NCBI GenBank assembly: GCA_013239625.1
Contig: MU053376.1
Span: 644,833 to 708,832, forward strand
Reading direction: 5' to 3'
Source: Lama guanicoe
Taxonomy: Eukaryota
Length of the DNA stretch: 64,000 bases
Positions 11,871-24,745 of the stretch are shown here, in pieces; position 1 is the stretch's first letter, and each line of letters starts with the position of its first letter. The translations under genes were made by a program, and so were the position numbers. The notes under the pieces are model-generated. The model did no database searches and had not been told where the DNA came from. It saw nothing but the letters and a program-made list of their open reading frames with translations.

Positions 11871-12902
11871 AAAGCTTATTTCTAAACCCATTCCACTCCA
11901 CCCCACCCCATAGCACAAAGCTACCCCTCAAAGAGGAGCCAGGTAGAGGCAAAATGCTCAGACCCAGAAATTTCCATGGCCACAAAATTTAGGTTGGAGC
12001 GGTGTCCTGGGCAGGGGTCATTGAGAATCTGAGATGCCTCAGATTGAGAAGTGGAGGTTCTCATACATCAGGTACCACTTTTCCTTCCAAGGGCAGGGAA
12101 CATATTCTGAAGACCATTTGAAGCTTAGAGACTTAGAGGTTTGGGGACCTGAGTTACTTCCCATCTCTTTCAGCATGTGGTTCACCACATCTCTTGAGTC
12201 TCCCCGAGGGAAGCTCTTGGACTCTCCTGCAGAGGCCCTGCTGCTTCATCAGGCCCCTTGCTCACCTCCTCCACTGCCTTGGCCTGGCGGATGGGGAGAT
12301 CCATCATCCACTGCTCCTTATGACAAACCTTGGTTACCTCATCACCCACACCCCTCCTTTCTTCTAGGAAGACAGATGGGAGAGTTAACCAAGCCAGGTT
12401 GAGAAGTGAGAGCAGACAGTTAAGCAGTGGGGGCTCCTGTGAGTGGCTGAGCCCCCGAGGGGATGGGCTGGTGTGCCAGATGGGGAGACCTCAGCTCCCA
12501 GGATGCTTCTGTGTCACCAGCAGCCATCAAATCTGCCTGTCTGAATCCCATTGGCCAGGCTTGTTCTCCTGCTGGGAACAGCTTCTCTGCCCCTCACTGA
12601 GACCAATCGCAGCACAGTCAGCAGCAGAGTGGGCCAAAAGCAATTCTCCATGATATTTACAAGGGAGGATGGGATTTAGCACACTGCATTTTCTCTGGGC
12701 TTCCTGGGGGTCTGATGTCATCAAACCCACAGCCAGAAGCACCTCAGAGTTGGGGTGGGTGGTGAGTACACGTGTGTGTGGAAGGGGGCCTGCTAAGGCT
12801 GCCCACAGTTTTGCATGCACAAGTAAGCGCAGGTGTTTCCAGGTGCCCGGTGAATAACCTTGTCTATACTACATCAAAATGAGAAATCAATTCCGGTAAT
12901 TA

Positions 12903-13088
12903 CCCTATTTCCTCGATTCTAGTATGGCATTGATTATAAGATGCACCATTGACTTAATAGCTGCTTCAAAAAAAGAGAACCTTTACTCTAAACATGCACA
13001 TCTATTTTAAGACACGTCCTTATTTCAGAAATGTTAAAACCTGTGTGGGAGAAGAGGGGAGATGCCTGTTATAATTAAGAGAAAATGG
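12903..13088. mobile_element. MER104-like TcMar/Tc2 non-autonomous DNA element
   Basis: TA|ccctatttcctcgattcta ... ataattaagagaaaatgg|TA: degenerate terminal inverted repeats with TA on both flanks. Confidence 0.65.
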
Positions 13089-13790
13089 TAATTGGGAGAT
13101 AGTCAAACCAACTGCCTGATTGAATTCATTAGTAAATGCAGTCAACATGACTTATTGGACTGGTCTGTGAGAGAGAAACTTTTTAGGTGAGAGATTTTGT
13201 GCATTCGTGTGCACCCTCGACAATGACTCAACCAACCTGAGTTCAATGCCTGAGCCCCTGTCTTTGCCGGTTCTCAGGAGCCCCTTCCCAAAGAGCATCT
13301 CCACATGTTCACTGTCAAGTCAGGCATCCGATTCTAACTAGGTGATCCCAGAATTGAAGACAAGAAGGGACCCTCATTTCCTTTCATCTGGCACTGTCTT
13401 CTGAGCACAGTTTCTCCCCACCTTTCCGGGGGACTCAGATCTCCCTCCTTTGGTGTCACCATCATGCAAGGCTCACACCTCAGAGCTGTATCACAAGGGC
13501 TGGGCAGTCTCTTCCCACCCACTGTCCCACGTGAGGACTGAGAAAGACCATTATCATTTGCCTCCTGCCTGCCCCTCCCTCCTTCTCTTCCAGGCCATAG
13601 CCAGCAGCCAAACTGTCTGTCACTCTGTCTCCAGCACCACAGGCTTCCCCAACCCCAGCCTTTGGTGACGCTGTCCTCACCTGGCAGGGCTTTCGATGGT
13701 GATCAACACTCCAATCTATTGTTTTGAAGAGGAAAACAGGTGGGCTTTAGACACACACTGGATTGTGAGGGGCCCTGATCACAAGCCAAA

Positions 13791-13945
13791 GGGGGATGTT
13801 ATAGTTCAGTGGTAGAGCACCTGTTTAGCATGTACAGGGGCCTGGGTTCAATCGCCGGTACCTCCATTAAATGAATGAATGAATAAATAAATAAAATCAA
13901 TCTAATTACCTTCCCCCTTCAAAACAAAACAAAGCAAAACAAAAA
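13791..13945 (+). mobile_element. tRNA-Ala-derived SINE (Vic-1-like)
   Basis: A box tagttcagtggtagagc, ttagcat anticodon loop, B box gggttcaatcg, AAAT tract, ctaattacc, A-rich tail. Confidence 0.9.
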
Positions 13946-14245
13946 ACAAGTCAGCAGGACACCTGAAAGTTCTGAGGGCTGAAATGGGAGGTGGTAGGAA
14001 TAAACATCTTTGAGAAAATGAAAAGCAGAAGATTCGGATCCATACTGGAGGGTGGGAGGAACTGGCTGGGGGCTGAGTGAACAGGGCGATGCAGTGGTCC
14101 AGGGAGAAGACAGTCAAGAATAAGACTTAAGAGGGAGAGAGTCTTTACCAAGGTGCTGTGAAGAAGGCAGGGATGGTTTCAGGGGCTTCTAGGTCTCTCC
14201 CAGGTCCTTCATTCTTCTACTTTCACCTGGTTTTTCTGTTTCATT

Positions 14246-14600
14246 CAGTGGTTCTCAACTTGGGAGTTAGGGTGCTGCCCCTGCCCAGGGATGTTTAGAA
14301 ATGTCTGGGGGAGGTTTTTGTTTGTTTGTTTTTGGTGGTGGGGGAGGGAGGTAATTAGGTTTATTTACTTAATTTATCTTTATTTTTTAAATGGAGGTAC
14401 TGGGGATTGAACCCAGGACCTCATACACGCTAAGCACATGCTCTACCACTGAGCTATATCTCCCCACCCAGGGGAGTTTTGATTGTCACTATAACTGGGT
14501 CTCTACTGGCATTTAGTGGCTGGGGCCAGGGATGCTAAGAACCCTGAAGTTCTTGGGATGTCTTGCATGTGAAAGGATTACCTGTTCCCAAAACCAAGAC
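14246..14600. mobile_element. MER20B-like hAT-Charlie element interrupted by a SINE
   Basis: Starts cagtggttctcaact; resumes gattgtcac...tactggcatttagtgg..ggccagggatgcta after the SINE. Confidence 0.65.
14316..14469 (-). mobile_element. tRNA-Ala-derived SINE (Vic-1-like)
   Basis: Reverse strand reads tatagctcagtggtagagcatgtgcttagcgtgtatgaggtcctgggttcaatccccagtacctcc; flanks gggaggtttt/gggagtttt. Confidence 0.92.
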
Positions 14601-15149
14601 ACGCAGAGTGGAAAATATTAGTCCCTGCCCTCCTCTACCTGGCCTCTAAGGGCTGGCTTACCTAAATTTGTCCTGACTGCCATTCTCTATCAGACTGATG
14701 TGAAATTTTCAAATAGATCTTTCTTAAGCAGCTAAGAGAAGACAGATGGGAAATTATCAAAGAAAGCAACAAAGCATAAAAACAGATGAGCATCAACAGA
14801 TTTCTGAGTCGAAGGAAGATCAAGTCAATTCAGTCTAGTCACAGACGCACTTTTTTCCCACGCACAGTTCTCCTGATTGAAACAGTTTACTAGGTGCAGA
14901 GGCCTCATTTCTCTCCTTATTCTAAGGACACCATAGCAACTCGTAGTTCAGGCTGGTCCGGATGCTGTCCTGTTTAAGCTTTCCAGGGGTCAATTTCTGG
15001 ACCTCTCTCTGGGTCTGACCCAGAAGGACCATGGGCTTGAATCCACTTCAGTCTTAAGATGCCCTGACCTCTTGGCTCTTCCTAATCTCTGATTTTTCAC
15101 ACTAGTCCCAAGCAACAGGTCTGTCTGAGCAAGGTATGGTCTTCTGATT

Positions 15150-15637
15150 CGCCTTTTAGGGTAAGAATGAGGCAATGCTAGCAGCTATAACAGAGTACTC
15201 ATAAGCTCTCATGGCTTAGCAAAATAAAGGGTTTTTTTTTTCACTCACTTAAAATCAAAAACAAGTATTCCTAATGGGTAGCAACTCTCCTCCAAGTGGT
15301 AATTCTGGAACCTCGGCTCCTTCCATCTGGTGGTTCCTTCCACATGTGGTTTCTCTGGTTGCCATGCTTACCTTCCACCTTCGACATGTGGTTTCTCTGG
15401 TTGCCATGCTTACCTGCATCAAGCCTGCAGAAGAGGAAAACGCCTGGAGGATCACCTGTGGTGGTGTTCATGGGCCAGACGTGGAATTGCCACACAGTGC
15501 TTCCTCTCATATTCTGTTGGCAGGAACGCAGACCCATGACCTCCCCTAGCCGCAAAGGAGACTGGGAAATGTAATCTAGCTGTGCATGTAGGAAGACAAA
15601 GGGTTTGGTTTGATAATCAGCCACTGATGTCTGCCCA
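15150..15637 (-). mobile_element. MLT1J/K-like MaLR LTR
   Basis: ggctccttccatctggtgg, catattctgttggcaggaac, caaaggagactgggaaatgtaatctagctgtg. Confidence 0.8.
15336..15415. repeat. Tandem duplication, 38 bp x2, period 42
   Basis: ccttc(c/g)acatgtggtttctctggttgccatgcttacct at 15336 and 15378. Confidence 0.95.
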
Positions 15638-15734
15638 AATCCCCCCACATACGGGCTTTTAGATGTCCTGTTGTCATTTTTTCTCTACTATTTTTGGCTG
15701 GTACACAGAAATTTCCTAGTTAAGAATAAAAGAC

Positions 15735-16292
15735 TGGTTCTTTAAAAAGCAAGACTTAGAATTACCATATGAGCCATGATTCCACTCCTGGGTGTATACC
15801 CCAAAGAATTTTAAACAGTAATCAAATCCACATACATTCATAGCTGTACTATCTGCAACAGCCAAAAAGTGGAAGCAACCCAAATGTCCATCAATGAAAT
15901 AAATGGATAAACAAATTGTGATATATACAGACAATAGAGTCTGTAACGGAGTACAGGGACACGTTACAATGTGGGTGAACTTCACAAATGTTATGCTAAG
16001 TGAAAGAAACCAGACATGAAAGGTCACATATTACAAAATTCTATTTATATGAAAAGTCCAGATAAGAAAACCCACAGAGATAGAAGGCAGACTAGTGGTT
16101 GCCAGGGCCTAGCGTGGGGAGGGAAGGGGAGTGGAGCGTGACTGCTTATGTGTACCGTCTCCTTTAGGATGAAAATGCTTTGGAAGTAGATAGAGGTGGT
16201 GGTTACACAACACTGTGAATGCACTAAATGCCACTGAATTGCTGACTTCAAGCTGGCTAATTTTCTGTGAATTTCACCTCATTAAAAAATTT
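15735..16292 (+). mobile_element. L1MB-like 3' end
   Basis: agaattaccatatgagccatgattccactcctggg ... ctaaatgccactgaattg ... gtgaatttcacctcattaaaaa. Confidence 0.88.
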
Positions 16293-16899
16293 TTATGATT
16301 CTAAAAAAAATCAATGGATGGGATTTTTAAATTTTTGTTTTTAGCGAAGCCCAGCTTTTACCTATTATTCTTTGTTAATTTTTCTGGTCTTTGTCACGTA
16401 CGATGGTGCATATCAGCTTGGCCTGGTCCAGCAGTCTCCTTCATCCTGTGTTCCCTTTAGAGACTTTGGGGAATTAACTGACTTTTTCCCCCCTAGCTCT
16501 TTAGATTCTCCCCTTGGGTTTAGTTTCCTGTAACAAGAAATGCATTTCTAAGATACAGAGTGATGCTGTGTCGGAGAGCTTGTGTGCTGAATAATGACTG
16601 ACGTACCTTGGACTTGATTATTCTTACTTAGCCACTATCTTAACTTCCATCCACTTCGGAGGCTTCTGAGCTTCCTTCCCACCACACCTGCCCTCTTCCA
16701 GGAGGACTCCTTCACCCCTGTCCTCTGGGTGCTGTCCAGGAGGTTGGGAGCCAGGCATTTTTCAGCCTTTTCTGCATACAGGAGCCAAATCTCCACTGCA
16801 ATTTAAAAAATAGTTTAAAAAAATTAATCATATTCTGCTCATGTTCAAATAAAATAGCACTTAGCATGTTGTTTTGTACTTCTTTTAATATAGAACTTT

Positions 16900-17025
16900 T
16901 GACTCTTCTAGACTGTAAGCCCTTTGAGGGTGAGAACCATGCCTTAATTGCCACTGTATTCTTAGAACTTAATACAGTGCCTGATATAAAGTATTGCTCA
17001 ATAAATATGAATTAAGGGAATGAAC
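16900..17025 (+). mobile_element. L2 3' end
   Basis: ctagactgtaagccctttgaggg...acagtgcctgatata..gctcaataaatatgaa. Confidence 0.8.
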
Positions 17026-17412
17026 AAAATGTAATAACATACAGATAAGAAAAAGGTTGTTTTCTCATAGGAATAAACAACTTGATTAAAACCATTCTCT
17101 TGTAGTGAGAGCAGCTTTTACCTGAAATCAGTGGATTGTTCATTCCTGGACACCAGCACAAAAGAACCATTATCTAAGGCTGGCACGAATTATAAGCAGG
17201 CAGGCTCAAGGAAAGAAACAAACTGTGTTATAAATAGGAGTCTATAACTCAGGAAACAGTGGAAAGCGGCAGACCGGGAGCAGTCAGAATAGAAAAACCA
17301 GTCCTTCTCATGGAGGAGGGTGGGCAGGCTCTGCTATGGGCAGTGGGGAAACCCAGACAGGCATTCTACTCTGAGTGTGTGCGAATGGGTGATGGCGCAA
17401 GACGTGATCTTA

Positions 17413-18243
17413 AAACCTACAATGAGGTATCACCTCACATCAGTCAGAATGACCATTATTTAAAAGTCCACAAACGATAAATGGGGGAGAGAGTGTGGAG
17501 AAAAGGGAGCCCTCCTACACTGTTGGTGGGAATGTAGTTTGGTGCAGCCGTTATGGAAAACAGTATGGAGATTCCGCAAAAAGATAAAAATAGACTTACC
17601 ATATGATCCAGCAATCACACTCCTGGGCATATATCCAGAGGGAACTCTAATTTGAAAAGGTACATGCACCCCAATGTTCACAGCAGCACTATTTATGATA
17701 GCCAAAACATGGAAACAACTTAAATGTCCATTGACAGATGACTGGATAAAGAAGCTGTGGTGTATTTATACTGGAATACTATTCAGCCATAAAAAAGGAT
17801 AAAATAATGTCATTTACAGCAACAGGGATGGATCTGGAAATTGTCATTCTCAGCAAAGTAAGCCAGAAGGAGAAAGAAAAAATACTATATGATATCACTT
17901 GTATGTGGAATCTAAAAAAAGACAAATGAACTTATTTACAAAACAGAAACAGACTCACAAACATAGAAAACAAACTTAGGATACCAGAGGGAGAAGGGAG
18001 TTGGAAAGGATATATTGGGAGTTTGAGATTTTCAGATACTAACTACTATATGTAAAATAGATAAACAAGTTCATACTGTATAGCACAGGGAACTATATTC
18101 AATATCTTACAGTAACCTATAATGAAAAAGAATATAAAAATGAATATATATATATGTATATGACTGAACTATTATGCTGTACACTAGAAATTGACACAAC
18201 ATTTTAAACTTACCATACTTCAATTTAAAAAACAATTCTGAAA
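17413..18243 (+). mobile_element. 5'-truncated lineage-specific L1 (ORF2 end plus 3'UTR)
   Basis: caatgaggtatcacctcacatcagtcagaatg...tacttcaatttaaaaaa; TSD aagacgtgatctta/aagagatgatctta at 17399-17412 and 18244-18257. Confidence 0.93.
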
Positions 18244-19699
18244 AAGAGATGATCTTACAGAAGCCTATCTAAGGGAAAAAGAGAATACGCCAGCAGGATT
18301 GGACCTGGGTACAGGGCAGGGGGAGTGCTATGAGCAGGAAGCATGGGAGAGCCATATGGGTAGGTGGTCGGCATCAAGGGAAACTGGCAGCTGTCCAGGC
18401 TGTGGGCAAGATTTCTGGAAAGAACGGTGGCATTAATAAGCATCCTGGGAAGCTAGACGGGAGCAAGGCTGGGTCTTGGCTTTGGAGGACCTGGGTTCTT
18501 GCCAAGTTTTCTAGGCAGATATTCAGGCCCAGGTAGAGGTGTTTGGTGAGAACCTGGTTACAAACAAGCCCCAAGAACTAGGTCGTGTGGTCAGAGCAGG
18601 GCTGGGTGGCTCACTTCTGGGCTCCTGATCAAGGCAGGGCTCCTTAAACCTGTGCTGTGACGGAGGTCAAGATGAGTCTCAGAGGCTGAGGCAGAACTGA
18701 GGATGTAGATGGGACTCGAGTGCCAGAGTCTAGGGTCTAGAGGGTGGGGAAGGGAGGCCTATCGGGGCGCAAAGAGCCATTAAAAGTTAGACCTTTGAGA
18801 AGCAGACTTATGTGGTTGCCAAGTGGGTTCGATGATCAGGCTGGGTACCTACAAATTACTCCACTGGATTTCATGTGTATACGTCTTAAAGATTTTCTTT
18901 CCCCGCAGCACAGGAGATTTACAGTCTTAATGACTGAGCTTATCAATTCTAGTAACCTTCTCTAGAATGGAAGTATATGAGAGGGCGAGAAGAAAGGGCT
19001 TATGTCCTGAGGTCCAAGAAGGGAGAGGCGCCCTTCCCAATACCCACAAGCTACGGTGGCCACACAGGGTCTTCTGGTGACCACGACCCCACGGGGGGTT
19101 TCTCCTGCCTCCACTCTCCAACTAGCCAGCTGGCACACCTCCTTCCCTGAGGGCTCTGGACCAGTAGAGCTGTCTGTTCTCTTACTCGCTGGTTGGGTTG
19201 TTCACCTCTTTCTGGATATGTTCCCCCCAGCTCTCAGTACAGCATCCCCAGGCCGGAACCTGGGAGATCCTGAGTAAATTCTGAATGGACGGCTGGCTTG
19301 GCTGAGGGCTGGCCGCCTTCTTTCCTGCCTGTTTTGAGTGTGGTTCTCCAGTCTTCTAAGCAATTTTATGAGTTAGCCTGTGGTTTTTCAATAAATTTCC
19401 TTTTCAGATTACACCAGTCTAAGTCAGTCCTGGTATTTACAGGAGCCCTAGCAGATATAGAAATTGGAGTCTTAACTGGTGGCAGGAAACAGCTTTAAGA
19501 GGACTGGAGGAGTGTTTGGATTTGTAATTTGCCTGGTTGGAGCTGAAGGCAGTGGAAATCCAGCCAGGAACTCTAGCAGGCAGGGTGACTCAAGGGACAA
19601 AACAGCTCCTGAAGTTCCCACCTGCAGACAAGGGTACAGAAGCTGCGGAACAGGTGTTCTCAGCGCCTGCCCTCCTGATTTCAGTGCAGCTGTGGGACA

Positions 19700-20111
19700 G
19701 TCACATTCAAGGGTGCCGGCATCTCTCTGCTTTTCTGCCTCAAAGCTTTCTCCAAAGGAACGGAAGAACGCTCAGCCCGTGAGCCGCGTAGCCAGCTCCT
19801 GAGTGCAGGGAAATTGACATTCCTGAAGGCAAACCTCAACCAAATGAGGATGGGAGCCAGTGGGTAAATGTTCCCATCCCTTTCCTTCAGAGGACAATTC
19901 GGAGGCACCTCCCACACGTGCTCCTGAAGACCCCCAGCGGGAGTGAGCCCGACATATTTAGCAGCTCAGTCACGCGTCCTGTTCATTTTTCTCTCTCTCC
20001 TGTCTCGCTCTCCCTGGTCCCCCATCTACCTCCTGATGGAAACTCCAGGTAAACGACCTGCACCCAAATCTGAGTCTCAAGCTTGCTTTCAGGAGAGTCC
20101 AAACTAAGGCA
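19700..20111 (+). mobile_element. LTR16-like ERVL LTR
   Basis: aacctcaaccaaatgaggatgggag; 3' end ctgcacccaaatctgagtctcaagcttgctttcaggagagtccaaactaaggca; start approximate. Confidence 0.75.
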
Positions 20112-23100
20112 AGGAAAGTGTGAAGGCAAGAGGAATTCAAGGGTGGGAAGTGGGAGGGGAGATGGAGCAGGGGCTGCAGGTCTGCCAGCACTGGGAAGCT
20201 GAAGGAGAAAATGGAAATTCAAATTCATAAATTTCAGCCCAAGGTGTTTATAGAAGCCTGGGGACTTTCTATGACCTTCCTAAAAGGCTTTTTTTCTAGC
20301 TCAGTTGCAGGAGTGAGATAGTCAAACTCACTCATAAAGTTTAATCCTATAGGTGGTCAAATGACAAATTTCGTTAAAAAATCACAGCTTCTCTACATTT
20401 CTAATGGGAAAGATAAGGCATTGACCAGCAAAGAGAGGGGCCCCAGCAGCTGGAATGAGGATGTGGGGGAAATTTGGAAGGATTTAAAGTACCCTGAACC
20501 TCTCACCCCCACTGAGTCTTGCTTGCCCGAAACAGTAGCTCCGTCCCCTCTGACTGATGCAGCTGTTTCTGCCTGTTTGGAAACTCTGTGTGGACCCACG
20601 ATGTGCAGTCACCTTGCAAGGGGAGGAGTCACTACGTTTTTTTATCTCCAGAAAGAAAAAAAATGACTGGAGGTAGATCCCAGCATCCTGGGTGGTGGTG
20701 GTAGTGGTTAATTACGCAGTCAAACCCTGGAAGGGAAAATGTACACATCCAAATTACAACATGACATTATTAATTTGAGTCACCAAAAATCTGAAGAATT
20801 CAGGTGAAAACAAATTATGAGAGAATAAAGCCAAGGAGAAAGGAATGCAATATTAGATTGTCTAAATTTGAGAATTCTCAATTGAATGTCCCAGCCTAAA
20901 TCACTAATTCTGCGTTCTAATTCTGTCTGGTCTACGAAAGCATGGACTCCATGTCGGTTCTCTCTAAATGGAGTTGATAATGTAGAAGTTCCCTGGACAC
21001 AGGGAGGGGTGTATAGAAGTTAGGGGGGGTGGAAACGTGGAAATGGGTTTCTGTGGGACACACCCACTTATTCTGAGAGGACCCAGAACACACTTCTCTC
21101 CCTACTGTCTTGAGAAATATATATTTACCAAGATGTCTAAGGGGCCATGCCCTGTTGCCCTAGGGTTATGGTTAAGGCCAAAGATTAGGACAGAAGTTGC
21201 TAAGTATCATACATTCTAAATCTGGAGTCATCGACCCACCTCCATGCAGGACATACAGGGGCGTATCGTCACCACTGACACCATACCTGTCCCCTGAATG
21301 TGCAGTGACACCTGAAAGACAAGTGTTAGTCTTTGAGGGGTGCAGTATTTATGATGAGGAGCTATTCCCTCCCTTCGTATGGGCGGAGAGGGGAGAGGCA
21401 GAGAAGACTGCCATTCCACATCCTGGTTGGATGTCTGCTTAGCTGATCTGAGCAAGGGAAAGGAGACCCGGGGACAGATGGTGGGGCGAGGTGTGTGTTG
21501 AGGGTGAAGGTGGGCAGTGAGCTTGTACTGCTATCGTTTGGCATGGCAAAGACCCACAAGCTTCCGATGGTTGGGTGGGCATAGCAGAAGGGAGCTGGTC
21601 TTGAGTTGTCTTGTTAGTGACCCCGTGTGAGGACTGCCTACCCACCAAGGTCATTCTGGCAGCTGGAGACCAGTATTGAGGATGCTCTGCAAGGATTAAA
21701 GGGTGGTAGGGAAATAAGCCAAGCTGGAGTCGATCCTTAGGTCAGGGAAATGCACAGGGCAGATCCCCACAAGGCGCCCCCCTCCCCCTAAGCTCACATA
21801 CGAGGGTCACATTTGGTGCCTGCCCCGCAAGGGGCTTGATGACCTGCTGGAGAAGCAGGGACAATTGATAGACAGAAAACTGCAGCCTCACCCAGGGAAG
21901 AAGGGAGATGTTTGCCCTTTTCCTTCCTGCTCCTCTACCTAATCAGATAACTGCCGAAAACTCCAGGAGCACCAAAGGAGGCCTGATTTGAGCTAAAATG
22001 GAAAATCATGGCCCCTCACCTCTTTTCCGCTCCTAAATCAGTTCACAGACATGGAGCAAAGGGAAGGGCAGGTACCCTGAGGAAAGATCGCGCAATCCCC
22101 CTGTGGTAATGCACTGAGTCTCCCCCGAGCCTTCCTGGAAGGGACTTGTCGTCACTTACCAGGGTAACTGTGTGTTGATCGGGTAACTGTATTACCCAGA
22201 TCTTTCAAAGATTATTAGACACCGGCTCTGGTATAACATTAATTCATGGGGACCCAGAACACCACTTTTTGCATTGGTCAATGTGAGGCTTTGGAGGCCA
22301 GGTGATAAATGGATTTCTACCTGAGTCTGTCTCATGGTAGACCCACTGGGGCACTTAGCCCACCCCAAGGTTATTTTCTCAGCTCCTGATGACACAATTG
22401 GGATAAATAACCCGAGAAGCTGGGAGAATCCCTGCCAGGCTCCTGATCTGTGGACTCAAGTCTGTTGTCTGAGGAGGGACCAGGTGGGAGTCTCTGGGGC
22501 CCTCTCACAGCTGTGACGGGCTTGCAGCTTTCAAAGGAGCCAAGAGCAGGAGACATTTCTGTGGCTGGTCCAAGTTTCAATGCAAGCAGCTCTGCCCGGT
22601 GCCTCTCATGACCCAGCAGATCCAATAGTGATATGTGTGTGTGCTGGGTCAGGGTTCCCTGTGGAGCCATTGGAGGGTACCGGCTGGAGACTAGCAGTGG
22701 GGGCCCCTGGGGTTTTGGAACAGCCTAATCACTTCTTTGCCCTGTAGCTATTCATGTAGGAAACAACTTTAGACTTTCTAGAGCTTGTAGACTGAGCACA
22801 AGAAGACACCAGGAGCTCATGCAACTCACATTGCCCATCATGAACTGGGGACGATCTGACCAATAAGCAGAGAAAAGCATGTCCAGCACCACCACACCGC
22901 CAGGGGGAAGCAGTGCATTTGGGACTGAGTCAAGCAGGGCCTGGAGACACATGCCAGTTGCACTGGGCTCACTCCCGACACACCTGTCCCCGTCCCGCTG
23001 CCACCCCGCCCTCAGCACCCACCCATGGCCTCATGGAGAGTGCCCCATTACCTGTTGACTGCAGAGGGATAAGTGAGTCTGACTCACAGATGGCTCTGTA

Positions 23101-23200
23101 CAGTATTCTGGAATCACACAGTGAGGGACTGCTGTGGTGTCCGAGCATCCCTTGGGGCCAGCCTTGAAGGACAGCAAGGAAGGCAAGTCCTCCCAGGGCC
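20112..23200 (+). mobile_element. Decayed ERVL internal region (gag, protease, RNase H remnants; RT largely deleted)
   Basis: From 22203 translates FQRLLDTGSGITLIHGDPEHH (aspartic protease DTG motif); GPLGFW near 22700; LKDSKEGKSSQ near 23164. Confidence 0.85.
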
Positions 23201-23300
23201 AGTACCACCACAGATCCTCCCGGGGCCAGGACCACCGCAGATCCTCCCAGGGCCAGGACCACCGCAGATCCTCCCAGGGCCAGGACCACCTCAGATCCTC
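23188..23300. repeat. 27 bp minisatellite, about 4.2 copies
   Basis: Unit tcctcccagggccaggaccaccgcaga at 23188, 23215, 23242, 23269. Confidence 0.97.
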
Positions 23301-23686
23301 AATATCCTGTAATCACACCTGGTGACTTTGACCACTCAAATGAGAAGAGAGGACCTGAGGTAAACATCTAAAGTGACTCATGAAGAGTAGCAAGTGGTTT
23401 GGCCCGAGGAGCAGGGATTAGAAAGGCATTACTTAGAAGGTTTAGAGAAGGGGTCTGTGAGTGGACCCATAGCCCCAAACCACAATACCCTCTAGTCTGC
23501 CTCCTGCCTCCCGTATGTCCCCACTCTGTCCTCCAAGTGACCGTGCTGACTGCTTGGGCTTCGGTTCTGGCTCTGCCACTTAACACTGGGCTTACACTTT
23601 CTTAGACTTTCTTTTCTTGTCTTGTCTTATTATTTTTTACTTAACCTTTCTGTGCCTCAGCTTCCTAACCTGTAATAGGCAAGGCT

Positions 23687-24235
23687 TGCGGCACTACTTA
23701 TGACAGCCAAAACACGGAAGCAACCTACATGTCCATTGACAGGTGACTGGATAAAGATGTGGTATATCGACACGATGGAATAAGACTCAGCCATAAAAAA
23801 GAATGAAATGATGCTATTTGCAGCAACATGGATGGGCCTAGAGCTCATCATACGAGGTGAAGTGAGTCAGACAGAGAAGGAAGAACACCATATGGTATCA
23901 CCTATATGTGGAATCTAAGATATGACACAAATGAACTTATTTACAAAACAGAAGCAGACTCATAGGCACAGAAAACAAACTAATGGTTACCAAAGAGGAA
24001 AGGGGGTGGGGGATAAATGAGGAGGCTGGGATTAGCAGATACAAACTGCTATATATAAAACAGGTAAACAACAAGGTCCTACTGTATAGCACAGGGAACT
24101 ATATTCAATATCCTGTAATAAACCACAATGGAAAACAATATGCATATTTATCTATAACTGAATCACTTTGCTGTGCACCAGAAGCTAACACAAAACTGTA
24201 AATCAACTATACTTCAATAAAAATAAAGTAAATAA
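23687..24235 (+). mobile_element. 5'-truncated L1 inserted in a MIR
   Basis: ORF2 end, 3'UTR and A-tail; TSD aatagg(c/t)aaggct at 23674-23686 and 24236-24248; MIR core cctcagcttcc to the left and gtgaggattaaat to the right. Confidence 0.92.
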
Positions 24236-24439
24236 AATAGGTAAGGCTGGTGTGAGGATTAAATAATATATAAGTGTTAATTATTATTATTGTTATATTT
24301 ATAGATAATAAAACAGAAAAATATCGATAAATAATACAGAAGCAGAAACGTAAAAGCAGAATTGGGCCCGATGCAGAGTGAGCGCTCGGTTCGTGCTAAG
24401 CAGGCGCTCTTTTCCCTGCCCTCCCCGGTTCTCCGTGCA

Positions 24440-24552
24440 CGTGCCCAGGCAGACCGGGTAAGGGCACTCTGCCCCACCTCTGTGTATTTAGTCCCCAGCA
24501 AGTGCCTGGCATATAGCAGGCTCTCAATAAGTACTTGTGGGATGAACAAATA
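24440..24552 (+). mobile_element. L2 3' end
   Basis: agtgcctggcatatagcaggctctcaataagtacttgtgggatgaa. Confidence 0.75.
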
Positions 24553-24662
24553 GAGTCTGGACTCAGAATCAGAGATACAGTCCCTGTGCTGTCATTTACT
24601 AAAAAACCTTGGACAAGTCACACAGCAAGTAAAAGCTTCAATTTCGTGAATGACAGCACAAA

Positions 24663-24745
24663 TATTAAGCTGAATGGTAGGAAAGCACCACTCTAGTAGG
24701 TCAAAAACAACTGAATGTTGGCAATTTCATATGCTTCCACCAAAT
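24663..24745. mobile_element. MADE2-like mariner MITE inside a MIR remnant
   Basis: tattaagctgaa...gtaggtcaaaaac...ggcaatttcatatgcttccaccaaat, about 80 bp. Confidence 0.65.

Noticed and set aside
13791..13866. Possible tRNA-Ala gene (also at 14316, 31360, 34375, 49210)
   Set aside because: Stems are disrupted and each copy has the SINE body and tail, so these are SINE heads.
17100..18750. Possible old LTR split by the L1 at 17413-18243
   Set aside because: Only the general composition suggests it; I could not define termini or a family.
23188..23300. CRISPR-like array or repeat-coding ORFs (PGPGPPQIL)
   Set aside because: The units are head-to-tail without spacers in eukaryotic DNA; the ORFs stay open only because the unit length is a multiple of 3.
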